DNA from: an uncultured Acidobacteriota bacterium
GTDB taxonomy: Bacteria; Acidobacteriota; UBA6911
DNA: 64,000 nucleotides
Direction: 5' to 3'
Assembly: GCA_963827655.1 (NCBI GenBank)
Contig: CAWHCF010000041.1
Location: 32,001 to 96,000 of the forward strand
Of the stretch, positions 53,134 to 63,200 are shown piece after piece (position 1 is the stretch's first letter; each line of letters starts with the position of its first letter). Position numbers and translations under genes: made by a program. The notes beneath the pieces are model-generated. The model had not been told where the DNA came from, searched no databases, and saw only the letters and a list, made by a program, of their open reading frames with translations.

Positions 53134-53877
53134 TTAGGTCTTCTGGGCAGGGCCAATCTCCTTGGCCGCGGACGGACTCTCAGCCGACGCGGGCGCCTGA
53201 ATTCCCTGGCTCGCCAGAAACTCGGCCAGGGCGGCCTGTTCCAGCGCTTTGCGTTCGTTCTCTTTTTCCTGAACTTTTTCGATATCCACCAGATCTTTGG
53301 CGACACGCGCCTTGCCGGCAGACCTCTCGTAGCGCTTGGCCAGGATCTCTTCCACGCTTTTCATCGTGTCTCCGAGATCGCCCACGCTGAAAGCCGCATT
53401 TCCCAGCGCCGCCGCAGCCTCGGCCTGCGCTTCCTTGATCTGGACCTGCGAAAGCTGTTTTTCGAGTCTGCGCACCTTGTCCCCAAATTCCTTTTGAGCA
53501 AGCTTTGCCTGTCGCAGGTTCGCCTGATAGGCCTCTTCGGTTTCCTGAAGTTCCTGTGTATCGGTGACCAGATCCGCTTTCAGTTCCTGCAACTCTCGGG
53601 CGAGGCTCCCGGCCAGTTCGCTGTTACCTGCCTGATGATTGGCGAGGATTCGCCGCTCGAGTTCCTGGGCCCGGCCGGTTTTCCCCTTCACCTGGTTTTT
53701 CAGGCGTTCGGCGACCCCGGCCATTCGGGCCAGAGCCAGATTGTACTGCACCATCTTGGCGCGAAATTCCTGCCGGGCGGCTTCCATCAAGGCTTCAGGA
53801 TTCCGTTCTTCAATGCCGCTGATAAAGAGGCTCAGGAAGCCTCTAAATAGTGTTCCAATACGAGAAAACAACGCCAT
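53134..53877 (-). CDS. pspA: PspA/IM30 (Vipp1, ESCRT-III superfamily) protein
   Basis: Amphipathic N-helix MALFSRIGTLFRGF, E..NPE motif, long helical hairpin; GGAGGA RBS. Confidence 0.85.
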   Translation of the reverse strand: MALFSRIGTLFRGFLSLFISGIEERNPEALMEAARQEFRAKMVQYNLALARMAGVAERLKNQVKGKTGRAQELERRILANHQAGNSELAGSLARELQELKADLVTDTQELQETEEAYQANLRQAKLAQKEFGDKVRRLEKQLSQVQIKEAQAEAAAALGNAAFSVGDLGDTMKSVEEILAKRYERSAGKARVAKDLVDIEKVQEKENERKALEQAALAEFLASQGIQAPASAESPSAAKEIGPAQKT

Positions 53878-54035
53878 TGCGTTCCTCCCCTCGTAGATAG
53901 AAGACCCCGCGGTTCCGGGTGCCAGCCCCATGCGACCGCTACGACTCCGGCGCGTCCTGGAGCGTCTTCTGTGTCTGGCAGATTACACTCGTCTCAGGGA
54001 AAAATTCGGCCCATTGTAAGTCTTTTTGACATAAA

Positions 54036-54330
54036 AGAGCTCGCGCAGAAATAAGTTCGCATTCTGCTGCAGGCCCGAAGGCCAAGCATAGCTGGCGGTA
54101 TGGCGCGAGCGGAAGCTGGGTCGCAGGTAGGCCCGCGTAGGCCGGTAGCGTCAGCGAACGACCGAGGTCAAAGGCCGGCCGGTCGACCTTCGGCGCTCCC
54201 GCAGGCTACCCGACGGGCCTCGCGGCCCTTAGGTGCCAATACTCACCGAGCAGCTAACAGAAAACGAACCGGTTCATAATTGACCAGCGACACTCGCGCC
54301 AGAATGTGAAGTTATTTCTGCGGGAGCCCT
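54036..54330. mobile_element. MITE-like element with ISAzo13-like terminal inverted repeats
   Basis: ~30-bp imperfect TIR agagctcgcgcagaaataagttcgcattctg / cagaatgtgaagttatttctgcgggagccct; homologous to 30353-30583. Confidence 0.78.
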
Positions 54331-54973
54331 ACGGTTCGTCCGCGGTGGTGATTACCGGGCGATCGATGAGATATCCGATCGCCCAGGCCAGGTCCCGCTC
54401 TACGGCAGCCTTCTTCTGCTGCCACTGGCGCCAGTGCTCCTCATCCTGCGCCGCTTCCCTGCGCAAGCCATCGAGTTCTTCCTGGAGTGACCGGACCTGG
54501 GATTCCAGTTCCGACGTTTTTCGGGCGCGCGCGGTGTTGCGCTGTTCCATCTTCCTGGCGGCGAATCCCTCGAATGCATCCAGCGCCTGGTCGCGGGCCA
54601 CAGCATCCCTCACCACCTCCTCGACCGCCACCTTTTCATTCGCCAGGATGTTGAGAATCGCCTTTTGGACCTCCTCCCGATCCTTCGACTTGAATTGCTC
54701 CGTCTTCAGGAGCTGTTTCAGCCGTTCGACCGTCCAGCCATGAGCTGCGGCCTTTACGCCCGCGGTCGCAAAAATCTGCTCGACCGGAACGGAGAGTTCA
54801 GCCGGTAGTTCGGCCAGAGCGCGCACTTCCTCCTGCCGAATCTCGATCAACAGGTCCTTAAGGCTGACAGTTCGGGTCTGGATCTTGGCGGGACGACTCG
54901 GACTCGTGGCCGGCCTCATTTCGACAATTCCGAGGCGATCGCCTACAGCACGCAAGAGGTCGATCAGATTCAT
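54329..54973 (-). CDS. All-helical hypothetical protein with C-terminal coiled coil
   Basis: 214 aa, 19 bp downstream of the AAA gene; amphipathic N-terminus; DAVARDQALDAFE segment. Confidence 0.8.
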   Translation of the reverse strand: MNLIDLLRAVGDRLGIVEMRPATSPSRPAKIQTRTVSLKDLLIEIRQEEVRALAELPAELSVPVEQIFATAGVKAAAHGWTVERLKQLLKTEQFKSKDREEVQKAILNILANEKVAVEEVVRDAVARDQALDAFEGFAARKMEQRNTARARKTSELESQVRSLQEELDGLRREAAQDEEHWRQWQQKKAAVERDLAWAIGYLIDRPVITTADEP

Positions 54974-54992
54974 CGATAAACCCGGGACGTCC

Positions 54993-56723
54993 CTAAATAA
55001 ATTTTCTCAACTCACCGATTCGTTGTTCCAGATACTCGGGGGTCAGCTCGCGGTATCGAGGAGGCAGGAACCTCGAATCCGTGCACTCTTTGACCGCGAC
55101 CAAATCCATGTACTCGAGCTTGCGGGTGTGTGCGCTGGGGCGAACCTCGTGGAAGACGTCCGCCAGGATCTCTTTCAGTGATTGGCGCGGCTCGGAGGCC
55201 AGCTCGTACGTCCGCAGGGCGCGAACCAGTACTCCTTCAATCTCGTTGCCGCCCAGCACCACGCTTTCCTTGAGGTCGGGAAGATCCGCCTCGGCCAAGG
55301 GAAACTTCAGCTTGCGGGCAATTGCCAGAAGCAGCGCGCGCATCTCTTCCGGAGTCTCCGGTGGAAAGAGAGGTATGTGCACATCGAGCCTCCCCTGGCG
55401 CTTCAAGTCGACTTCCAGCAGGTCGGGTCTTGAAGTGGCAAAGACCCAGATAATCCTGCCGCGATTTCGCGTGTCCGACATCTCTTTCGCGAGCATGGAA
55501 TAGACCCTGCCCGACAGGCCGCTGTCTCCCTCTCCCCCTTCCCGTTTTCCCGCCGCCTGGTCCGCTTCATCCACAAAAACCACAACCTGGCCCAGGGCGC
55601 GGAGCACCGAGAAAATCTTCTCGAGATTCGACTCCGTAGCCCCTACCCAGCGGTCCCGGAAATTCTTGAAGACCACGCAGGGTATCCCGAGTTCGCCGGC
55701 CCAGCATTGCACCAGGAAGGTCTTGCCGGTTCCGATCCGGCCGGCAATCAGGTATCCCATCGGAAGCGCATGGAGCGCTCCGCGTTTAAGAAGCTGGGTG
55801 TCCTCCCGCAACCAGGCTTTGACCGCATCGTGACCCGCGAGATTGTCCAACGTGAAGGAAGATTCAACGAACTCGAGCAGTCCCTGGCATTCTTTTTCGA
55901 TCATCTCCTTTTTCATGCGAGTCAAGAACGCCGACGTGACGGTTTGGTTCTTCTTGAGAGCGATCGAGAGGACTGTGCGCGCGCCGATCCGGCTCAATCC
56001 GGTCAGGCGACGCGCGAGGTTTTCGATAGGTACTTCGCACTTTGAAGGCAGATCCGGAAACTGCGAAGTCACGAGTATTTGAAGATAGTCGAGCATCTCC
56101 GTCTCGCTCGGCAGCGGAATCTTCAGAACGGCGACATGCGGGTTGTCGACAACCAGATCATTCAGATCGTGCAATCCCTCTGCAAGGAGCACGGTCACGA
56201 TGTTCGACTGGAGAATGGCGGGATCGTTTGCCCAGCTCAGGACTTTGACCACATTGGCGCTGAACGCACCGCCCAGCGCCAGGGGATCGCCGCGCGGAAC
56301 GACGAACTCCGCGAAATCAATCACGATCGCAATCTTGCGTGAAGGCGCCTCGCCTTTGCGAAGAGATTGAAGATTCAAGGTCCGGAGTAAATAGCGATCG
56401 AGGAGCTCAAGAGCAGGCCCCGGGTCACGCGTCTGGCCCAATGTGAATGCCTGTTCACCAAGAGCCTGCTTCAACCACTCCCCCCAGTCCTCGGATCCCC
56501 GGCTTAGGCGTATCCCCTTTCCTCGATCGTAATGCATCACGATTTCGTAGCTTTCGAACATCACCTCGTCCAGGAACGTCTTTAGCGGAACGAGCTTTCT
56601 TCCGGAAGGACCCGGCGCCGGGACAATGTCGAAGAGGTTTCCGTGAATCAAAAACTGAGCGACGGATCCCGATTTGAAGAGGTCGCGCATCTCCTCGGCC
56701 CACGAAGGGAGTTCGGAAGTCAC
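54993..56723 (-). CDS. AAA+ ATPase (degenerate N-terminal AAA module plus active classical AAA; Ycf46/Vps4-like)
   Basis: Walker A GRIGTGKT, pore loop RWVGATESN, Walker B VVFVDEAD, SRH ATSRPDLLEVDLKRQGRLD; GTG start at 56723 preceded by AAGGAG. Confidence 0.85.
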   Translation of the reverse strand: MTSELPSWAEEMRDLFKSGSVAQFLIHGNLFDIVPAPGPSGRKLVPLKTFLDEVMFESYEIVMHYDRGKGIRLSRGSEDWGEWLKQALGEQAFTLGQTRDPGPALELLDRYLLRTLNLQSLRKGEAPSRKIAIVIDFAEFVVPRGDPLALGGAFSANVVKVLSWANDPAILQSNIVTVLLAEGLHDLNDLVVDNPHVAVLKIPLPSETEMLDYLQILVTSQFPDLPSKCEVPIENLARRLTGLSRIGARTVLSIALKKNQTVTSAFLTRMKKEMIEKECQGLLEFVESSFTLDNLAGHDAVKAWLREDTQLLKRGALHALPMGYLIAGRIGTGKTFLVQCWAGELGIPCVVFKNFRDRWVGATESNLEKIFSVLRALGQVVVFVDEADQAAGKREGGEGDSGLSGRVYSMLAKEMSDTRNRGRIIWVFATSRPDLLEVDLKRQGRLDVHIPLFPPETPEEMRALLLAIARKLKFPLAEADLPDLKESVVLGGNEIEGVLVRALRTYELASEPRQSLKEILADVFHEVRPSAHTRKLEYMDLVAVKECTDSRFLPPRYRELTPEYLEQRIGELRKFI

Positions 56724-57578
56724 TGGCTCTCCTTGGTCCGCGCCGCTGGTGATTGGGGGCGGCTCCGCGAGCAGATCCTCCATGGCGCCGTAAATCTGCT
56801 GCTGCTCCCTGATCCACTGAGTCGTTCCACCCAGGGTCGTCGTGATCTGATCGATGCGTTCAGAGAGTGTTTCCGGGTCGGTCGACAGAATGGCCTGTTC
56901 GCGAATCAGCTCTACCTGTTCCTGAATCCGGGTCAACTCCGCGTCCAGGAATGCGAGCTTGTCGCGCGCCTCGCTCCTGCGCTCGAGACGCTGTCGTAGA
57001 ATCTCGCTCTGGCTCGACAGACTCTTGCGCAGCTCCTCGGTCAGCGAGTCTTCCTTCAGCCGCGCTTCGAGCTGCCCGATTCTCTCCTTCAAACGCGCCG
57101 AGTCCTCTTCCGCACCGGTTGATTCTCGCACGATCCGTTCAATCGACTGGCGGGTGAGGAGGAGGCGAAGGAAGATCCAGCTCAGACGCCCCAGCCCTTC
57201 TCCCTGCGTATCAATTACGGGCGCTGAGAGCGAACTCCGTGATTGCTGCTCCAGAATCGACCGGCACCGATGTTCGAACAGGCGGTACCGGCCCTGGTCC
57301 GCTTCGCCCAGTTGTCTGATCAGGCTGTTAAGTCTGGCCTGCCAGTCGCCTTGATTCCTGGCCAGCCGCGAGGCTACGACTGTTCGCTGAAAGCGCGGGT
57401 TGGTTGCGAGGAAGCCGAGATAACCCAGTTCAAGTCCCGCGCCGATAAGCCAGAATCCGGGATTCAAGATCCCTAGGAATCCGAAGAGGCCAAGACCGAT
57501 CCAGTTGGGAGCGACAAACATGCCCACCGGACGAGCATTGAAGGCTGCGCGGATGTAATCGCCCAAACCGAGTTTCAT
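56720..57578 (-). CDS. Membrane protein with 2 N-terminal TM segments and long coiled coil
   Basis: Hydrophobic N-terminus then heptad-rich region; alternative-frame end ARTKESQ-TGA overlaps the AAA GTG; appears fused to the AAA gene in this assembly. Confidence 0.7.
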
Positions 57579-58405
57579 GTTCCCTCTGCTGACTGCCTGC
57601 TGCTTTTGTCCACCCGGCGGAAGGCTTCTGTTACCACCGAAACTGCTTTCTTAAAATCAGGCCGTTCCTGTGCCACCAGCGGGGGTATCCCGGCCGAAGG
57701 CGGAATATTGTCTCGAATATCGTAGGCAATCTGGCCTGGCGCGTGACTAAAAATCCAAACCCGTTCGCCAAGGTAGACCGCCTCGGTCACACTATGGGTG
57801 ACGCACAAGATCGTAGGATGTATCCGGTGCCAGAGTTCAACCAGGAGTTCTTGCATCTCAAACCGCGTTGGCTCGTCGAGGGCAGAGAAGGGTTCGTCCA
57901 TGAGAAGAATCTGGGGTTCCATCGCGAGTGAGCGCGCTATGGCAACCCGCTGCTGCTGCCCTCCTGAAAGCTGATGAGGGTACTTGTGCTCATGACCCGA
58001 CAATCCAACCTGTTCGATAAGATTGCTGGCGCGGTCGCGGCGCGCATTTTTGTCCAGATTCATTTCAACTCTATTGATCTCGAGGCCGAAAAGGACATTA
58101 CCCAGCACGGTAAGGTGCGGAAAAGAGCTGTACTGCTGGAAGATCATTCCGCGCTCGCGACCAGGACCCGCTACCGGTTGCCCCTTGATCAGAACCGCGC
58201 CTTCCGTGGGACGCAAAAAGCCTGCAATCAGATTCAAGGCCGTACTCTTGCCGCACCCGGAAGGGCCGATGATTGTAACAAACTCTCCCCGATCCGCCAC
58301 ATCCGGGATTGCAAACGAAAGATCAGTAATTGCGGTAAATGCTCCGAATCGAACCGTTACACTGCGAAACTCCACGATGGGCGCCGGAGATGTATCAGCG
58401 TTCAC
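57575..58405 (-). CDS. ABC transporter ATP-binding protein (NitT/TauT family)
   Basis: GPSGCGKST, YPHQLSGGQQQR, LLMDEPFSALD and VTHS motifs; overlapping start/stop junctions at both ends. Confidence 0.93.
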   Translation of the reverse strand: MNADTSPAPIVEFRSVTVRFGAFTAITDLSFAIPDVADRGEFVTIIGPSGCGKSTALNLIAGFLRPTEGAVLIKGQPVAGPGRERGMIFQQYSSFPHLTVLGNVLFGLEINRVEMNLDKNARRDRASNLIEQVGLSGHEHKYPHQLSGGQQQRVAIARSLAMEPQILLMDEPFSALDEPTRFEMQELLVELWHRIHPTILCVTHSVTEAVYLGERVWIFSHAPGQIAYDIRDNIPPSAGIPPLVAQERPDFKKAVSVVTEAFRRVDKSSRQSAEGT

Positions 58406-59232
58406 GCGCGGCTCCGCCGGTACGGAAAGAGGCGACTGCCGAGTTGTCCCCAAGCCTGATCGGCAATCCAGGAAATCAGCGAGATCACTATGATCGTGAG
58501 GTAGATGTGTTCTCTCGGGCCGCGCCGTCGCGAAATCTCGATCAAGTAGCCCAGTCCATCGACCAGTACGACGACCTCAGCGAGCACGAGATAGGTCCAG
58601 CCCACGCCGAAGGCCAGGCGCATCGAATGCCAGATGTCGGGCAAGGCAACCGGGACGAGCACCTTTCTGACTATCTGGAAGCGCGAGGCGCCCAGCGTGA
58701 AGGCTGTTCGCAGGTAGACGTCGGGAACGGCATCGATGGCTTTGGCCACAAGTGGCAAGAGGTAGATTCCAAATGCCATGGCCAGGAAAATGATTTTTTG
58801 CAGCTCGCCGGTACCGAACCAGGACATCGTGAGAGGCACCAGCGTCGCAATCGGAACGTACCCGCTCGCGGTCACAACGGGAGTGAACGCCGCGCTCGCG
58901 CTCCCGAAAGCGCCCATCAGAATCCCAAGGGGGAAGACGATCGCCAGGGCAAGGAGGTAACTGAGACCAACACGCTGCAGGCTGGCTCCGATATGGAGCA
59001 GGAGGTTTCTGTCGGTCAGAAGCTCGGGCACGCTCTGAAGAACTTCGCCCGGACTGGGAAGGATCGTGGGTGCTATGCTTCGCTCTTCCGCGGGTCCCAA
59101 GGTCAGGATCCACCACAGCAGAATCAGCAACGCCACCGGTACCGCGCCGAGAAGAATCGCCATGCTGCGGGGAACTTCCCCTCGAACCGCGACAAACCAT
59201 GCAGGTATCATAGGTTTGACGACCTTACGCAA
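58402..59232 (-). CDS. ABC transporter permease (NitT/TauT family)
   Basis: LPSPGEV, SLQRV, WFGTGE, EAA-like loop AFTLGASR and GW..LVLAE..GLGYLI motifs. Confidence 0.92.
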   Translation of the reverse strand: MRKVVKPMIPAWFVAVRGEVPRSMAILLGAVPVALLILLWWILTLGPAEERSIAPTILPSPGEVLQSVPELLTDRNLLLHIGASLQRVGLSYLLALAIVFPLGILMGAFGSASAAFTPVVTASGYVPIATLVPLTMSWFGTGELQKIIFLAMAFGIYLLPLVAKAIDAVPDVYLRTAFTLGASRFQIVRKVLVPVALPDIWHSMRLAFGVGWTYLVLAEVVVLVDGLGYLIEISRRRGPREHIYLTIIVISLISWIADQAWGQLGSRLFPYRRSRA

Positions 59233-59571
59233 GTCAGATCCAGCATGTCAATCGTTCTACAACGAACCGTGGCGAGCCGCCCGGCACCCAATTAATTCCG
59301 GTCACGAGATTTCACGGAGCCCGATTGGATTCATGAGAATCGCGGAACCCGCGAGCGCCTGGTTCGTACACTAATCTTGTAATTTTGCATTATTCAATGG
59401 CAATTCTAGACACAATACATAAAGAACAACTGAAACCGAACCGTTGATCTCCGGACCGCATCGCTCAACACCTGACAACAAATACCGCCAAGCTCGACTG
59501 CATCAGTCCAAGTGTAACGTGCCGACGCCTTTTTATTCGGGGCGGAGCCTGGCTGGCGCGGAGGAGCACGC

Positions 59572-59620
59572 AGCAAGCGTGCGCACTCCAAAGGAGCGCC
59601 TTGGAGTGCGTTCGGCTTGC
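59572..59620. repeat. REP-like hairpin (GCACTCCAA/TTGGAGTGC)
   Basis: gcaagc..cgcactccaa-aggagcgcc-ttggagtgcg..gcttgc. Confidence 0.5.
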
Positions 59621-59652
59621 TTCGCCTCCCGCGACCGCGGTTTGCAAACCTG

Positions 59653-59880
59653 CTACTGAGATGTGGGCTTGATGTTTTGGTTGAGCCGGAAGAAATTCGT
59701 GCCGTCGTACTTTGCCTTGATCTCGAGGAGTCTGCCATAGTTCGAGCCGAAGCTCGCTCGAGTGAGACTGTCCGCGTCGTGCTCTTCAAGACCGAGATAG
59801 TTTAGATAAACTGCGCCGGTCGAGTGCGGCGCGAGGCGGTTCCACGCCTCCCGCACCCACGCGACATGCCGGGGTGTACA
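59653..59880 (-). pseudogene. C-terminal BBE-domain fragment of an FAD-linked oxidase
   Basis: WVRE.W..L.P.STG.VYLNY...FGSNY.RL..IK.KYD..NFFRLNQNIKP; no FAD-binding N-terminal part upstream. Confidence 0.75.
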
Positions 59881-60231
59881 AGCTTCTCGGTGATCAGCAG
59901 GCACCACGACTCGGCCAAAGTCCTGCGTCAATCCAGCCGGGAATGTGCGAGCCGATCCCTGGGTCTCGCAACAACATCACTCGCCGCGGTGAGGTTCGCG
60001 ATGATTTCCTTTTGCCTTCGTTTATACCAGCGGATTTGGGGCGAGAAACCGGTCTCATTCGCGACACGTTGGTCGCGTTCCGGTCATGTGGTCTTGACCA
60101 CCGCCTGCGCTTGAATCCGAATCGAGCCAACCATCGGCCCAGTGACTGTTGAGCCTTTCTCCCCGTTATCACTGTTGAAGAAACTTGCTCAAAATTGACA
60201 ATCCAACATTCGGGGGGTGCAGCTTCTCGTC

Positions 60232-63200
60232 CTAATTGGCGGCCGTGTAGATATAGTCATTCGATTGCCATACGCCGCTGATCTTCGACCAGAGTCTCAC
60301 ATAGAGCGTGCTCCCATTGGTCGGCAGGCCGGAAACTGTTACCGACAGGCTTGCTCCTTGGGATTGAGTGTAGACCTCGTAACCTCCAGGGCTCGTCCCT
60401 ATGTACACCCAGTATTCGGATACTCCACTACCGACACTCCACGTGAAGGTGACTACGGAGGAGGTCAGAGTCGATCCGGGCGTCGGGCTCGTCATCTGCG
60501 CCTTAGTCGCGTTACCTCCCGCCGTGTAGATATAGTCATTCGATTGCCATACGCCGCTGATCTTCGACCAGAGTCTCACATAGAACGTGCTCCCATTGGT
60601 CGGCAGGCCGGAAACTGTTACCGACAGGCTTGCTCCTTGGGATTGAGTGTAGAACTCGTAACCTCCAGGGCTCGTCCCTATGTACACCCAGTATTCGGAT
60701 ACTCCACTGCCGACACTCCACGTGAAGGTGACTACGGAGGAGGTCAGAGTCGATCCGGGCGCCGGGCTCGTCATCTGCGCCTTAGCGCGTACCTCCGGAA
60801 GCCGCCGTGTAGGTATAGTCATTCGATTGCCATACGCCGCTGATCTTCGACCAGAGTCTCACATAGAGCGTGCTCCCATTGGTCGACAGGCCGGAAACTG
60901 TTACCGACAGGCTTGCTCCTTGGGATTGAGTGTAGAACTCGTAACCTCCAGGGCTCGTCCCTATGTACACCCAGTATTCGGATACTCCACTACCGACACT
61001 CCACGTGAAGGTGACTACGGAGGAGGTCAGAGTCGATCCGGGCGCCGGGCTCGTCATCTGCGCCTTAGTCGCGTTACCTCCGGAAGCCGCCGTGTAGGTA
61101 TAGTCATTCGATTGCCATACGCCGCTGATCTTCGACCAGAGTCTCACATAGAGCGTGCTCCCATTGCTCGACAGGCCGGAAACTGTTACCGACAGGCTTG
61201 CTCCTTGGGATTGAGTGTAGAACTCGTAACCTCCAGGGCTCGTCCCTATGTACACCCAGTATTCGGATACTCCACTGCCGACACTCCACGTGAAGGTGAC
61301 TACGGAGGAGGTCAGAGTCGATCCGGGCGTCGGGCTCGTCATCTGCGCCTTAGTCGAGTTATCTCCGGGAGCCGCCGTGTAGGTATAGTCATTCGATTGC
61401 CATACGCCGCTGATCTGCGACCAGAGTCTCACATAGAGCGTGCTCCCATTGCTCGACAGGCCGGAAACTGTTACCGACAGGCTTGCTCCTTGGGATTGAG
61501 TGTAGAACTCGTAACCTCCAGGGCTCGTCCCTATCTCCAGCCAGTATTCGGATACTCCACTACCGGCACTCCACGTGAAGCTGACTACGGAGGAGGTCAG
61601 AGTCGATCCGGGCGTCGGGCTCGTCATCTGGGCAGGAGCGGTGGTGCCGGTATTGTGTAGGTAGCCGTAAAGGTGGTGTTGGTAGCAGGAGTGGCAATGT
61701 TGTGGGCGGCCGCTCCTCCATCAGACCAGGAGACGAAAGTCCAGGTCGTGCCATTCACGTTTTGCGGTGAAACGGCTTCGAGATTTCGCATCAGTCCGGC
61801 CACGCCAACGAAGGAAAACGGCGTCGTGACAGGCTGGCCATCGAGCTTCATCTGCAATCCAGGCGGGATGGTTGCCAGACTCACGGTTGAGACGCGCGGG
61901 AGAATGTCCCGGAACGAACTGTGGGTCAGACCGCCCGAATCCTGGACCGTGAGGTGAATACGGTACCAGACATTGGGACTCGTCTCGCCCGTGGTTGGAA
62001 TTACAAAAGAGCCTGTTTGGGATCCTGATGTCGGCGGGACAAAAGGATGGAAATGATTGTCATGATGAAAATCCACTCGCCACGTGAAGGCTGAAGCTGG
62101 AAGGGTACCGTCCTCGGAATCCGTGCCGATGCCGGCGTAGCCGATAGTGTTACCGGCTGTATAGATGGTGCCGGCCGTCGGTTGCGTGATGCTGCCGGTC
62201 GGGGGACTGTTGCCGGTCACGGTGAGGACGGCCTCATTACTTGTGGCGCTTCCGTAGGAGTTGGTAACTACACAGCGGAATAACGCGCCACTATCCGAGA
62301 ACTGGGCCGCGATGGTATAGCTGGACGAACTGGCGCCAGAAATGTTGTTACCGTTCCGCTGCCACTGGTAGTAAAGGGGTTGGGCGCCTGACGCGGTCAC
62401 CGAGAATGTCGCTGGTTGGCCGACAGAGACAGTCTGGCTCGCAGGGTGTCTTGTGATGCCAGGCGTGGGATTGGCAGTATAGTCGATTCTGAAAACACTG
62501 CCCAAGCCGAACGCCAGATAGTACAAACTACCATCAGGCCCTACCTGAAGGTTCAACGGGTAACCAACATCGGTGGCAAACTCGACGACCGAACCGTCGT
62601 TAGGGTCAAGGCGATTTATCCAGCCGTTGCAGAGGTCCGAGAAGAAGTAATTGCCGAGATATTCGGCCGGAAAAGTCGGGAACGAAGGATTATAGAAAAC
62701 GCCGCCGGTAATTGCGCAGCCTGAAGGGGTGCCTCCATGCGAATAGGCAAAAAATGGTGTCCTGTATTGCGATTCATTGGTAGGACCTTCGGTGTCGGGC
62801 CAGCCGTAGTTCGATCCTGCGATGCCGTCGTTGATCTCCTCCCAGGTCTCGTTTCCCACATCGTTGATGAACATTCGCCCGGTGCCGGGCTGGAATGCGA
62901 AGGTAAAGGGATTGCGAAGACCCAGGGCCCAAATCGCCCGATTGTTGCCCGTGGTCGCGGAGTAGAAGGGATTGTCCGCGGGAATAGTGCCGTCTGGATT
63001 CAAGCGGAGTATTTTCCCGAGTAGATTATTCAGCGTCTGGGCGTTGGGCCCGAAGGCATTCTCGCCCACAGCGGCATAGAGCTTCCCGTCGGGACCGAAA
63101 TGAATGGCTCCGCCGTTATGGGCTATGGCGTTGCTCAGGTTGTCCAATTCCAGGATCACGACTTCGCTTCCCGGCACGGCCACATCGCCGGCGGCAGTGA

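Noticed and set aside
54993-57578. 861-aa membrane protein-AAA ATPase fusion
   Set aside because: An AAGGAG RBS and a GTGA start/stop overlap at 56720-56723 sit exactly at the domain junction, and similar indels are common in this window. Two genes joined by a 1-nt error is more likely, though read checking is needed.
60242-61632. Tandem array as CRISPR or non-coding satellite
   Set aside because: Units are ~280 bp with no unique spacers and encode a coherent protein domain on the minus strand. The plus-strand ORFs there are shadows.
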